Positions 19,007 to 28,045 of a DNA stretch of 64,000 bases are shown here, one piece after another; position 1 is the first letter of the stretch; the number at the start of each line of letters is the position of its first letter. Source of the DNA: Phenylobacterium sp. Its GTDB lineage: Bacteria; Pseudomonadota; Alphaproteobacteria; Caulobacterales; Caulobacteraceae. The stretch covers positions 3,839 through 67,838 of the forward strand of contig NZ_JANMBF010000116.1 in NCBI RefSeq assembly GCF_031360265.1, read 5' to 3'. Both the position numbers and the translations under genes were made by a program. The notes under the pieces are model-generated. The model made no database searches. It saw only the letters and a list, made by a program, of their open reading frames with translations, and was not told the origin of the DNA.

Positions 19007-20425
19007 ATGTTGAAGTTCGCCAGCACGCTCGCCGCCGCGATTCTGCTCGCCAGCGTGGCCCACGCCCAGACCCGCTCAGACCCGTCCCGCCCCGACCAGA
19101 CCGCCTTCCGGGCGCTCTACAAGGAGCTTGTGGAGACCAACACCCAGGCCTCCAACGGCAGCTGCACCTTGGCCGCCGCGCGGATGGCGGCACGGCTGAA
19201 GGCGGCGGGGTTCCCCGACAACGACCTGATCCGTTTCGCGGCGCCGGAATTTCCCAGAAACGGCGGCCTCGTGGCGGTCTATCCGGGCCGGGATCCCAAG
19301 GCCAAGGCCATCCTGCTGCTGGCGCACATCGACGTGGTCGAGGCCAGACGTGAGGACTGGGTGCGCGACCCCTTCACCCTGGTCGAGGAGGGTGGCTATT
19401 TCTATGCGCGAGGCGCGTCGGACGACAAGGCCCAGGCCGCCATCTGGGTCGACAGCCTGATCCGCTACCGGGCCGAGGGCTTCAGGCCGCGCCGCACGAT
19501 CAAGATGGCGCTGACCTGTGGCGAGGAGGGGGGATCACCATTCAACGGCGCCGCCTGGCTGATGGCCAACCGGCGCGAGCTGATCGACGCGGCCTTCGCG
19601 CTGAACGAGGGCGGCGGCGGGTCGCTGGACGCCCAGGGCCGGCGCGTCGCCAACGGGATCGAAGCGGGCGAGAAATCATCGCAGAGCTATGTCCTGGAGG
19701 TCACCAACCCGGGCGGTCACTCCTCGCGGCCAGTGCCGGACAACGCCATCTATCACCTGGCCGACGCCGTCGCGCGGATCGGCCGGTACGAGTTTCCGGT
19801 GCAGATGAACGATGTCACGAGCCGCTATCTGACCCAGATGTCGAAGATCGCCGGCGGCGAACAGGGGGCGGCGATGGCAGCTCTGGTGGCCAACCCGGCC
19901 GACGCCCGGGCCGATGCGCTGCTCAGCGCCGATCCCAGCCTGCACGCGATCCTGCGGACCACCTGCGTGGCCACCCTGCTCAGCGCCGGCCACGCCCAGA
20001 ACGCCCTGCCCCAGCGCGCCAACGCGACGATCAACTGCCGCATCTTTCCCGGCGTTTCACGCCAAGCGGTGCGCGAGACGCTGATCAAGGTGATCGCCGA
20101 CCCCGCGGTCTCGGTCTCGCAGCCGAGCGGACGCGCGGGCTCCGACGCCGGGCCGCCGCTTACCCCGCAGGTCATGGCCCCGATCGAGGCGCTGACCGCT
20201 CAGATGTGGCCCGGCGTCCCCGTGGTGCCGAACCTGCTGGCGGCAGGCACCGACGGCAAGGCGCTGATGGCGGGCGGCATCCCGACCTATGGCGTCTCTG
20301 GGATCTTCTACGAGCCCGACCTGGGCCACATCCACGGCCTCAACGAGCGCATCGGCGTGACCTCCCTCTACGAGGGTCGCGACTTCCTCTACAAGCTGGT
20401 GAAGATCTACGCCGACCAGCCCTAG
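19007..20425 (+). CDS. M20/M25/M40 family metallopeptidase, secreted
   Basis: Signal peptide, AHIDVV, RGASDDK, GEE, GHSS, HGLNE. Confidence 0.9.
   Translation: MLKFASTLAAAILLASVAHAQTRSDPSRPDQTAFRALYKELVETNTQASNGSCTLAAARMAARLKAAGFPDNDLIRFAAPEFPRNGGLVAVYPGRDPKAKAILLLAHIDVVEARREDWVRDPFTLVEEGGYFYARGASDDKAQAAIWVDSLIRYRAEGFRPRRTIKMALTCGEEGGSPFNGAAWLMANRRELIDAAFALNEGGGGSLDAQGRRVANGIEAGEKSSQSYVLEVTNPGGHSSRPVPDNAIYHLADAVARIGRYEFPVQMNDVTSRYLTQMSKIAGGEQGAAMAALVANPADARADALLSADPSLHAILRTTCVATLLSAGHAQNALPQRANATINCRIFPGVSRQAVRETLIKVIADPAVSVSQPSGRAGSDAGPPLTPQVMAPIEALTAQMWPGVPVVPNLLAAGTDGKALMAGGIPTYGVSGIFYEPDLGHIHGLNERIGVTSLYEGRDFLYKLVKIYADQP
20139..20241 (+). repeat. Direct repeat copy 1 (103 bp, inside the peptidase 3' region)
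   Basis: Aligns without gaps to 22333-22435 with 8 mismatches by hand count. Confidence 0.9.
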
Positions 20426-20515
20426 ACGCAGCGCGGCTGTCCCCCGTCTGAAGCTCGCCTCGACCGATCGGGACGCGCGCGATACCGTGGCCGGCAAACG
20501 GATCGGGAGGCACGC

Positions 20516-22315
20516 ATCTCGGATATCTTCATATCCTACAGCCGCGAGGATCAGGCCGTGGCGCGCCTCTACGCCGACGCGCTTGAGGCCCACGGCTTCA
20601 GCGTCTGGTGGGATGCGGCGCTGCGTTCCGGCGAGGCCTTCGACGAGGCGATCGAGACGGCCCTGCGAGCAGCCAAGGCTGTGGTGGTCCTGTGGTCGCC
20701 TCGCTCTGTCACATCGCGCTGGGTGCGCGCGGAGGCCACGCTCGCCGACCGCAACAAGACCCTGGCGCCGGTGATCATCGAGCCGTGCGAACGGCCGATC
20801 ATGTTCGAATTGACCCAGACCGCGGACCTCAGTCACTGGAAGGGCGCGTCCGACGATCCGGCCTGGTTGTCCCTGCTGGACGAGATGCGGCGGTTCGTCG
20901 GCGTCCGCGACGCACCGCGGCCAGCCGTCCCGGCTGCCCCGCCGCACAGGGCGCCGGACGCCCGGCCCTCGATCCTCGTGCTGCCGCTGATCAACATGAG
21001 CGGAGATCCCGAACAGGAGTATTTCAGCGACGGGGTCAGCGAGGACATCATCACCGATCTGGGGCGCGTTTCGGCGCTGTCGGTGGTCTCGCGCACCACC
21101 GCCTTTTCCTACAAGGGCAAGACCATTGCGCCGGGACAGTTGGCGACCGCGCTGGGGATCACCCACATCCTGGAGGGCAGCGTGCGCAAGTCCGGCGCGC
21201 GAATCCGCATCACCGCTCAGTTGTTTGACGCCGTGCGCGACACCCAGTTGTGGGCCGAGCGCTTCGACCGCACCCTGGACGACATCTTCGCCATTCAGGA
21301 AGAGATCTCCCAGGCCATCGTCGGCGCACTGAAGCTGAAGCTGGCGCCGGCGGAACGGCAGGCGATCGAGCAACGGCAGACCGCCAGCGCCGAAGCCTAT
21401 GAACTCTACCTGCTGGCCCGCCAGTTCAGCCGCACCGGCAGCGAGCGCCTGAAGCCGCTGATCGTGCGCATCTGCCAGCGCGCGGTGGCGCTGGACCCCG
21501 ACTTTGGCCAGGCCTGGGCGCAGATCGCCAACGCCGAGGCCGAGGCGTACCAGCGCAACGTCGAGGGCATGAGCTACGAACACGCGCTCCACGCCGCGGA
21601 ACGCGCGGCGGCCGTGTCACCGGACCTGGCCGAAGCCCACGCGGCGATGGCCGAAGTCCTGCTGCGCGGTCCTTTGATGGACTTCGCCGGCGGCGAATCC
21701 TATGTCGCGACGGCGCTCCGCCTCGACCCAGACTGCTACGACGCCCACCTGTGCGCCGGGTATCAGACCCTCGGCCTGAAGCGCTGGGACGATTCGGTGC
21801 GCCATTTTGAGGCCGCCATCGCGCTCGATCCTGTCGCCTTTCGGCCGGCGGGCATGGTCATCCAGGTCTACAAAGCCCTCGGCGACCAGCAGAGTGTCAT
21901 CGCGGCGGCGCGCCGGTGCCTCACGCGCTGCGAAAGGATCCTCGCGACAGAACCAGACCACGGCAGCGCCCTGGGCTTTCTGGTGACCGCTCTGGTCGAA
22001 CTCGGAGATGTGGATCGGGCCCGCGACTGGGTGCGCCGCGCGATGCTGTTCGACCCCGACAACATGCGCCTGCACTACAACCTGGCCTGCGGCCTGGCCG
22101 GCCTCGGCGACGCCGAAGCGGCCTGCGATCTCCTGGACGACATCATCGACAAGGTGTCCGCCAGCTGGCTCTTGTGGATCGAGACAGACAACAGCCTCGA
22201 TCTGATCCGCGACGATCCCCGCTTCATCGCCATCGTGGAGCGCGGCAAGGCCCGGTTCGCCGACAGCGATGCGGACCCGGCGGCCGACGCACCGCCGATG
22301 AATGCCTCAGCATGA
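20516..22315 (+). CDS. TIR domain + TolB-like + TPR protein; apparent start codon ATC
   Basis: GGGAGG-N5-ATC TCG GAT ATC TTC ATA TCC TAC gives (M)SDIFISYSRED; TIR motifs SVWWD, VVVLWS, WVRAEA; LPLINMSGDPEQEYFSDG; C-terminal TPR-like helices. Confidence 0.85.
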   Translation: MSDIFISYSREDQAVARLYADALEAHGFSVWWDAALRSGEAFDEAIETALRAAKAVVVLWSPRSVTSRWVRAEATLADRNKTLAPVIIEPCERPIMFELTQTADLSHWKGASDDPAWLSLLDEMRRFVGVRDAPRPAVPAAPPHRAPDARPSILVLPLINMSGDPEQEYFSDGVSEDIITDLGRVSALSVVSRTTAFSYKGKTIAPGQLATALGITHILEGSVRKSGARIRITAQLFDAVRDTQLWAERFDRTLDDIFAIQEEISQAIVGALKLKLAPAERQAIEQRQTASAEAYELYLLARQFSRTGSERLKPLIVRICQRAVALDPDFGQAWAQIANAEAEAYQRNVEGMSYEHALHAAERAAAVSPDLAEAHAAMAEVLLRGPLMDFAGGESYVATALRLDPDCYDAHLCAGYQTLGLKRWDDSVRHFEAAIALDPVAFRPAGMVIQVYKALGDQQSVIAAARRCLTRCERILATEPDHGSALGFLVTALVELGDVDRARDWVRRAMLFDPDNMRLHYNLACGLAGLGDAEAACDLLDDIIDKVSASWLLWIETDNSLDLIRDDPRFIAIVERGKARFADSDADPAADAPPMNASA

Positions 22316-22332
22316 GTCTCAGGCCGCGCGTT

Positions 22333-22435
22333 GCTCCGACGCCGGGCCCCCGCTGACCTCGCAGGTCATGGGTCCGATCGAGGCGCTGACCGCCCAGATG
22401 TGGCCCGGCGTGCCCGTGGCGCCGAACCTGCTGGC
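22333..22435 (+). pseudogene. Remnant of a paralogous M20 peptidase (direct repeat copy 2)
   Basis: Encodes SDAGPPLTSQVMGPIEALTAQMWPGVPVAPNLLA versus SDAGPPLTPQVMAPIEALTAQMWPGVPVVPNLLA in the intact gene. Confidence 0.85.
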
Positions 22436-22533
22436 CGCCGCCAACGCCGACCAGAAGGATTGGGGCGGGTCGAGCCACGCGCGCCTCGGCTCGCCCCTGG
22501 GGCAGCCCGCCGTTCGCGCCTGAGCCCCGTCGG

Positions 22534-23283
22534 TCAGGCCGCCACCAGTCGAACCCGCGTTCCGCACAGCCGCACCTCGCCCTGCGCCCCGATCAGGCTG
22601 CGCCGCTCGGCCCGCGCGCGGACCTGCGCCACATCGCGAACGGCGACGTCAAAGGCGCCCAGCCCCTCGCCCCGGCCATCGGTCACGCCTACAAACCGCA
22701 ATTCCCCGCCGTCGAGGGGCAGGCGCCAGCCTTCGGCGGTCTCGGCCGCCTCGAGCCCCAGCACGGCGGCCCAGCGGGCGGCCATGGCGCGTGGGTCCTC
22801 GCCCTGAAGCTCGGCGCCGACGATCGCCACGGAGGTGTCGGTTCGCACCTGCTCGCGCCAGCGCGAGCCGCCCCACTGCCAGCGGTCGGGCGGAATCATG
22901 GCGTCCACCGACACGATCGCGCCACCCATGTCGCGCGGGTGCAGGTGGGTCATCCAGAACCCGTCGCCGTCCAGCTGATCGACGACACGCACGCCCTGGG
23001 CCTTGATCCGCGCCCGCGCCGGGCCGATCTCGTCGGCCTGCAGGATCACCATGTAGCCGCCGTCGCCGCCGCGCTTCTGCAACAGCCGCCCCGCGGTGGT
23101 GCCCGGCGCCTTGGGCGACAGCGCCTCCAGGAAGGTCTCGCCCACCGGCCAGACGGCGTTGGCCAGGCCATATTTCCCGACCCCGGGGTCGGCATAGGCG
23201 CCGCCCAGGCCCAGCACATCGACAATGTCCTCGCTCGCCGCGGCCAGGTCCGAGCCCACCAGGGCGATCTGTCGAAGCCGCAT
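22534..23283 (-). CDS. VOC/glyoxalase-like family protein
   Basis: MRLRQIALV, YGLANAV, FLEALSP, GGYMVILQ, HLHPRD. Confidence 0.8.
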   Translation of the reverse strand: MRLRQIALVGSDLAAASEDIVDVLGLGGAYADPGVGKYGLANAVWPVGETFLEALSPKAPGTTAGRLLQKRGGDGGYMVILQADEIGPARARIKAQGVRVVDQLDGDGFWMTHLHPRDMGGAIVSVDAMIPPDRWQWGGSRWREQVRTDTSVAIVGAELQGEDPRAMAARWAAVLGLEAAETAEGWRLPLDGGELRFVGVTDGRGEGLGAFDVAVRDVAQVRARAERRSLIGAQGEVRLCGTRVRLVAA

Positions 23284-23427
23284 CGCGATCCATTCCAGGC
23301 CAAAGGCTCGCCCCGGTCCGGGGACGGACGGAACTAGAGAGCCGGCGCCGGTGGCGGTCAAGCGCTGGCGCGGCTGGCGTTTTTCGGCGGGCGCGGTTCC
23401 TATGGCCCATCCGACTCGGGAATCGCC

Positions 23428-25050
23428 ATGCTCAGACCTCTTGCCTTCGCCGCCGCGCTCGCCGCTTTGGCCGTCGCCGCACCGGGTGCCCCCAGCGCCC
23501 AGGCCCCGGCCCAGACCAGGCCGCTGAGCCCGTTTGCCTCGGGTGCCGAGCAGCAGGCGGCCATGGCGGCCGGCGCCACGACGTCCGAAGACCTGGTCAG
23601 GGCCTATCTGGCGCGGATCGCGGCGATCGACCGGGCCGGGCCGAAGCTGAACAGCGTGCTGGCGCTCAATCCGCACGCGCTCGCCGACGCCCGCAAGCTC
23701 GACGCCGAGCGCCGCGCGGGCCACCTGCGCGGGCCGTTGCACGGCCTGCCGGTGCTGCTGAAGGACAACATCGAGTCCGACGACGGCACGGCGACCACGG
23801 CAGGCTCGCTGGCGATGGTCGACAATGTCACCGGCCGCGACGCGCCGCTGGTGCGCCGGCTGACCGACGCCGGGGCGGTGATCCTAGGCAAGGCCAACCT
23901 GTCGGAATGGGCCAACTTCCGCTCGACCCGCTCCATCAGCGGCTGGACCGGCGTGGCGGGCCTGGTGCGCAACCCCTATTCGCTGGATCGCACCGCCTGC
24001 GGCTCCAGCGCCGGCTCCGGCGCGGCCATCGCCGCGGGCCTGGCGACTCTGGCCATCGGCACCGAGACCGACGGCTCGATTACCTGCCCGGCCGCCGCCA
24101 ACGGGGTGGTCGGCCTGAAACCCACCGTGGGCCTGGTCTCGCGCACCTATGTGGTGCCGATCTCGCCGGAGCAGGACACGCCCGGCCCGATGACCCGCAC
24201 CGTCGCCGACGCCGCGGCCATGCTCACCGCCATCGCCGGCTCCGATCCGCTGGACCCCGCCACCGCCCAGGCCAACGCCCACAAGGCCGACTACCTGGCC
24301 GGCCTGCGGACCGACGCCCTGCGCGGCGTCCGCGTCGGCGTGCTGCGGATGACGCTCGGCCGCTCGCCGCAGACCGACGCGGTGTTCGAGACCGCGCTTG
24401 CCGCCCTGCGCAAGGCCGGCGCCGTGCTGGTCGAGGTCAAGGGGCCGGACGAGGCGGCGCTCGGCCAGATCGGCGGCGCCGAGGGCGAGGCCCTGCGGGT
24501 CGAGTTCAAGGCCTCGCTCAACGCCTATCTGGCGGCCACGCCGGCCAAGGTGAAAACCCGCTCCCTCGACGACCTGATCGCCTTCAACGCCCATGAGCCG
24601 CGCGAGACGCTGCTGTTCGGCCAGGAGATCTTCGAGCAGTCCGCCAAGGTTCCGCCGATCACCGACCCGACCTATCTGGCCGGCCGCGCCAAGGCCCGCA
24701 AACTGGCCCGCGACGCCCTGGACAGGATGCTGGCCGACGACAACGTCGAGGTGCTGGTCGGTCCGTCCACCGGCCCGGCCGCCATCGTCGATCCGATCGA
24801 CGGCAGCCGCAGCCTGGGATCCTATTCGACCCTGCCGGCGGTGTCGGGCTATCCGCACCTGACGGTGCCCATGGGGAACGTCCAGGGCCTGCCGGTGAAC
24901 ATTTCCTTCATCGGCCCGGCCTGGTCGGAAGCCCGGCTGCTGGCGCTGGGCTTCGCCTTCGAACAGGCCACCCACGCCCGCATCGATCCGCGGTTCCTGC
25001 CCAATATCTGGGCGCGCCCGGAATACGCCAGGGTCTTCGATCCGCGATGA
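23428..25050 (+). CDS. Amidase signature family protein, secreted
   Basis: [35 protein letters not shown]. Confidence 0.92.
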   Translation: MLRPLAFAAALAALAVAAPGAPSAQAPAQTRPLSPFASGAEQQAAMAAGATTSEDLVRAYLARIAAIDRAGPKLNSVLALNPHALADARKLDAERRAGHLRGPLHGLPVLLKDNIESDDGTATTAGSLAMVDNVTGRDAPLVRRLTDAGAVILGKANLSEWANFRSTRSISGWTGVAGLVRNPYSLDRTACGSSAGSGAAIAAGLATLAIGTETDGSITCPAAANGVVGLKPTVGLVSRTYVVPISPEQDTPGPMTRTVADAAAMLTAIAGSDPLDPATAQANAHKADYLAGLRTDALRGVRVGVLRMTLGRSPQTDAVFETALAALRKAGAVLVEVKGPDEAALGQIGGAEGEALRVEFKASLNAYLAATPAKVKTRSLDDLIAFNAHEPRETLLFGQEIFEQSAKVPPITDPTYLAGRAKARKLARDALDRMLADDNVEVLVGPSTGPAAIVDPIDGSRSLGSYSTLPAVSGYPHLTVPMGNVQGLPVNISFIGPAWSEARLLALGFAFEQATHARIDPRFLPNIWARPEYARVFDPR

Positions 25051-25265
25051 GACCCTTGCCCAGCCGCCGTTTCACCCCAATTTGAGGCCCAAGCTGAGCT
25101 TTGACGACTAACCGGTTGAGGGGGCGGGTCCGTTTGGCCAGACTGTGGAACAGATCGCCCGGCCGGACCCTCGCTTCGCGGGGCGATCCGCGGCGGCGAC
25201 GGGATCGAACAGTCGAGCTGTTCGTTGCGTCTTGCGGCGAACCTGCTGACCGGGGGCTTGAGACG

Positions 25266-26474
25266 ATGTTCGACGCCACAGCACGCAGCGCCGCCCCGGC
25301 CCCTGGCGCAGGACCGGCGGCCTCGGCCGGACCGGCGCCCGGCTTCCACCTGATCGACACCACCATGATGTATGCGCCCCGCTCCGGCGGCGTGAAGCGC
25401 TACCTCAGCGCCAAGCGCCATTGGCTGGAGACCCGCAGGCCCGACATCCGCCACACCCTGGTGGTGCCCGGCGCGGCGACCCGCGCCGAGGCCGCGGGGC
25501 TGGTCACCATCGCCGCGGTGCGCCTGCCGTTCGGCGACGGCTACCGCATGCCCGCCAGTCCCGCCAAATGGGAGGCGGTGCTGCGCGGTCTGGAGCCCGA
25601 CATCATCGAGGCCGGCGACGTGTTCGTGCCCGGTCACGCGGCGATGGACGCCGGCCAGGCCCTGGGCGTGCCGGTGGTCGGCGTCTGCCACACCGACGCG
25701 CCCACCCTGGCGGCCCTGCACCTGGGCGACTGGGCCGAACAGCCGACGCTCAACCTGTGGGCCCAGGCCTACCGACGGTTCGACCAGGTGGTGGCGCCCA
25801 GCCGTCACACGGCCTCGCGGCTGGCCGAGGCCGGCGTCGAGCGGGTGACCGTGCTGCCGCTGGGGGTCGATACCGAGCTGTTCCATCCCAGCCGCGGCGA
25901 CCGCGCCGCCCTGCTGCGCCGCCTCGAATTCCCCGCCGATTCCCGCCTGCTGGTGTTCGCCGGCCGCCCGGCTCGGGAAAAGAACATCGACGCCATGGTG
26001 GCCTGCGTCGAACGGCTGGGGGACCCCTATCGCCTGGTGCTGATCGGCGCCGGCCGGGATTCCCAAGAGAGCGCCCGCGTCGCGTGCCTCGACTTCGAAC
26101 GCCAGCCGGAAACCCTGGCCGGCGTCATCGCCAGCTGCGACGCCTTCCTCCACGCCAACGAGAACGAGATCTTCGGCCTGGTGGTTCTGGAAGCCATGGC
26201 CGCCGGCCTGCCGGTGGTCGGGCCCAACAAGGGCGGCGTCGGCGAACTCATCGACGACGGCGTTGGCCAGCTCGCCGCCGGCGTCGATCCGGCCAGCCTC
26301 GCCGAGGCCGTCGAGGCGCTGTTCGCCCGCGACCTGGGCGCCCTGAAGCTGGCCGCGCGCCGCCGCGCCGAGACCCGTCACAGCTGGGACCACACGTTCG
26401 AGGGGCTGACCCGCCTCTACGCCCAGCTGATGGCCCGCCAGACACGGCGGCCGCCGCTCAAGCTCAGCGCCTGA
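25266..26474 (+). CDS. Glycosyltransferase family 4
   Basis: GGVKRYL, GRPAREKN, EIFGLVVLEAMAAGLPVV; ATG at 25266. Confidence 0.88.
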   Translation: MFDATARSAAPAPGAGPAASAGPAPGFHLIDTTMMYAPRSGGVKRYLSAKRHWLETRRPDIRHTLVVPGAATRAEAAGLVTIAAVRLPFGDGYRMPASPAKWEAVLRGLEPDIIEAGDVFVPGHAAMDAGQALGVPVVGVCHTDAPTLAALHLGDWAEQPTLNLWAQAYRRFDQVVAPSRHTASRLAEAGVERVTVLPLGVDTELFHPSRGDRAALLRRLEFPADSRLLVFAGRPAREKNIDAMVACVERLGDPYRLVLIGAGRDSQESARVACLDFERQPETLAGVIASCDAFLHANENEIFGLVVLEAMAAGLPVVGPNKGGVGELIDDGVGQLAAGVDPASLAEAVEALFARDLGALKLAARRRAETRHSWDHTFEGLTRLYAQLMARQTRRPPLKLSA

Positions 26475-26535
26475 CATCAACGGCGCGCACGCGGTTTCGC
26501 ACCCAATGCGAAATTCAACCTGCACGGGCGAACTC

Positions 26536-26566
26536 GATTGACAGTCAATCTCCCAAGAGCATATTT
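26536..26566 (+). promoter_or_regulatory. Putative sigma70 promoter with an overlapping palindromic operator
   Basis: GATTGAC-A-GTCAATC perfect inverted repeat at 26536-26550 containing TTGACA; weak -10-like CATATT 16 nt downstream; AT-rich intergenic region. Confidence 0.5.
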
Positions 26567-26684
26567 CCCGGGAGTTTGCTTCCAGTTCTCGAATAGCTGT
26601 GACGGCCGGCCGATTAAACAAAATCCTCCGACTGTCTGAGTCGTATCAGAAGATTCTCTGTTTGATCAGTCATGGGAGAATATC

Positions 26685-27269
26685 ATGTCAACCAAGGTAC
26701 GTAATCGTCATGATTTCATAGTCAAAGATCTGGTCATCAGCGTTCCTTCAGCGGCGGGAAGCCACGGCGGAACCTTCCTTCCGGCTGACGACGGCACGCT
26801 GCCGCCCTGGTGGATTTCCCCCATCGCTAGTGTTCTGGTGAAGGGAGACATATTAGAAGTTGTGCGAGAGACTGTCCGGCAATCTCTCAAGGACACGGGG
26901 GAGCTGACCTCGATCGGTCGGGCGTTCGCCGGCGACCTCAGCGGCAATCCGGCGATCAGCTCGGCGATCCACGACATTGGCGCCGCGGTCGTCGCCAGCG
27001 CCGCCTACTCCGCCCTGGGCGGCGGGTCTGTCGGCCTGCCCAACCCCGATTGTGGCGGCTCCTCGCTTGAGACCATCCCCACGCCGATCACGCCGATCGT
27101 TCTCGTGGGCCGCGAGGTACATCAGGTGTCCGAGCTTCCCGGCCTGCGGAAACAGCTGGCTGTCGCGGTGGAAGCGCTCGACCGGTTCACAGCCGCCCAG
27201 GCGCCGCGCGACGCCGAGATCGGGGTGGTGCGCACGCAGCTTGAAGGCGCGTTGAAGAGCCTCGGCTGA
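26685..27269 (+). CDS. Hypothetical protein; candidate RiPP precursor-like substrate
   Basis: RBS GGGAGA; N-terminal FIVKDLVISV; two Ser/Thr-Pro motifs; C-terminal amphipathic helices; first gene of a lyase/kinase unit. Confidence 0.75.
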   Translation: MSTKVRNRHDFIVKDLVISVPSAAGSHGGTFLPADDGTLPPWWISPIASVLVKGDILEVVRETVRQSLKDTGELTSIGRAFAGDLSGNPAISSAIHDIGAAVVASAAYSALGGGSVGLPNPDCGGSSLETIPTPITPIVLVGREVHQVSELPGLRKQLAVAVEALDRFTAAQAPRDAEIGVVRTQLEGALKSLG

Positions 27270-27301
27270 CGGCCCCAGGATCCGCGCCAAGAGGCTGCGC
27301 C

Positions 27302-28045
27302 ATGGGCGGACGGCTCGACGCGCTGTCGCTTCGGGCGATCCGGACCACCGCGGCCCTGCCGTGCTCGGACGCCAGAACCCTTTCGCGGCGGCTCTACGCC
27401 TATGGCGCGGTCCCGCGCGGCCCGACGTTCGATCTGGACTTCGGGCCGGGCGACGATGCGCTGGCTGTGCTCGGCCTGACCTCCGGCGGCGGCGTCCGTG
27501 CGCGGCTGGCGCGGGACTATGACGCAACGACCTATCCCGGCTGGGTGGGGTTCGGGCGGCTGGGTCAAAACGACAGCGCCTCGTCGGCCTTCAAGCTCTA
27601 CGCGAGCCCACGTCCTGAAGCCCTGGCGACGGCCTTCCCGATCCTGGCGCAGGTCTTCGCCGATCTCGAGGTCCGCGCCTTCAAGGTGGGACGCGGTCCA
27701 GCCGGTCTGCTTCGCTGTGACAAGATCGTCGCCTATTTTGACAGCCGGGAACATCTGCGGGTCGTGGCCGCCGCGCTCGCCCGCAAGCTTGCCGGCTGCC
27801 CGGCGCAGGGCGTGCCCTTCACCGCCGCGCTCGGCGCCGACGGACTGCTGTCCTGGGGGATCGACCCCCCGCCGCCGGCCGAAGGACCAGCGCAGAGCTG
27901 GCGATCCTGGATCACCGGCAAGCTGGCCGACGCGATCCTGGCCGTCCGCCGGCCGGACCTCGACCCCGCGGGGCCGGTGCTTGCCCGGATGACGGCCGAC
28001 GGCGTGGTGGACTGGCGGCCGGCGGCAAGCAGGCCGGGGCCCTGA
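27302..28045 (+). CDS. Candidate HopA1/OspF-like phosphoserine/phosphothreonine lyase
   Basis: FKLYASP...AFKVG...LLRCDKIVAYF...GVPFT..L...DP...SW motif order; TGATG coupling to the kinase gene. Confidence 0.6.
   Translation: MGGRLDALSLRAIRTTAALPCSDARTLSRRLYAYGAVPRGPTFDLDFGPGDDALAVLGLTSGGGVRARLARDYDATTYPGWVGFGRLGQNDSASSAFKLYASPRPEALATAFPILAQVFADLEVRAFKVGRGPAGLLRCDKIVAYFDSREHLRVVAAALARKLAGCPAQGVPFTAALGADGLLSWGIDPPPPAEGPAQSWRSWITGKLADAILAVRRPDLDPAGPVLARMTADGVVDWRPAASRPGP

Noticed and set aside
25206-25224. Palindrome CGAACAG-N5-CTGTTCG as a LexA box
   Set aside because: The alphaproteobacterial SOS box is a GTTC-N7-GTTC direct repeat, and the spacing does not fit the GAAC-N4-GTTC type either
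25266-26474. Glycosyltransferase (and upstream amidase) as tailoring enzymes of the modification unit
   Set aside because: Separated by 210 bp with a hairpin and a promoter-like region; it looks like an ordinary GT4 gene, so there is no evidence of linkage beyond adjacency
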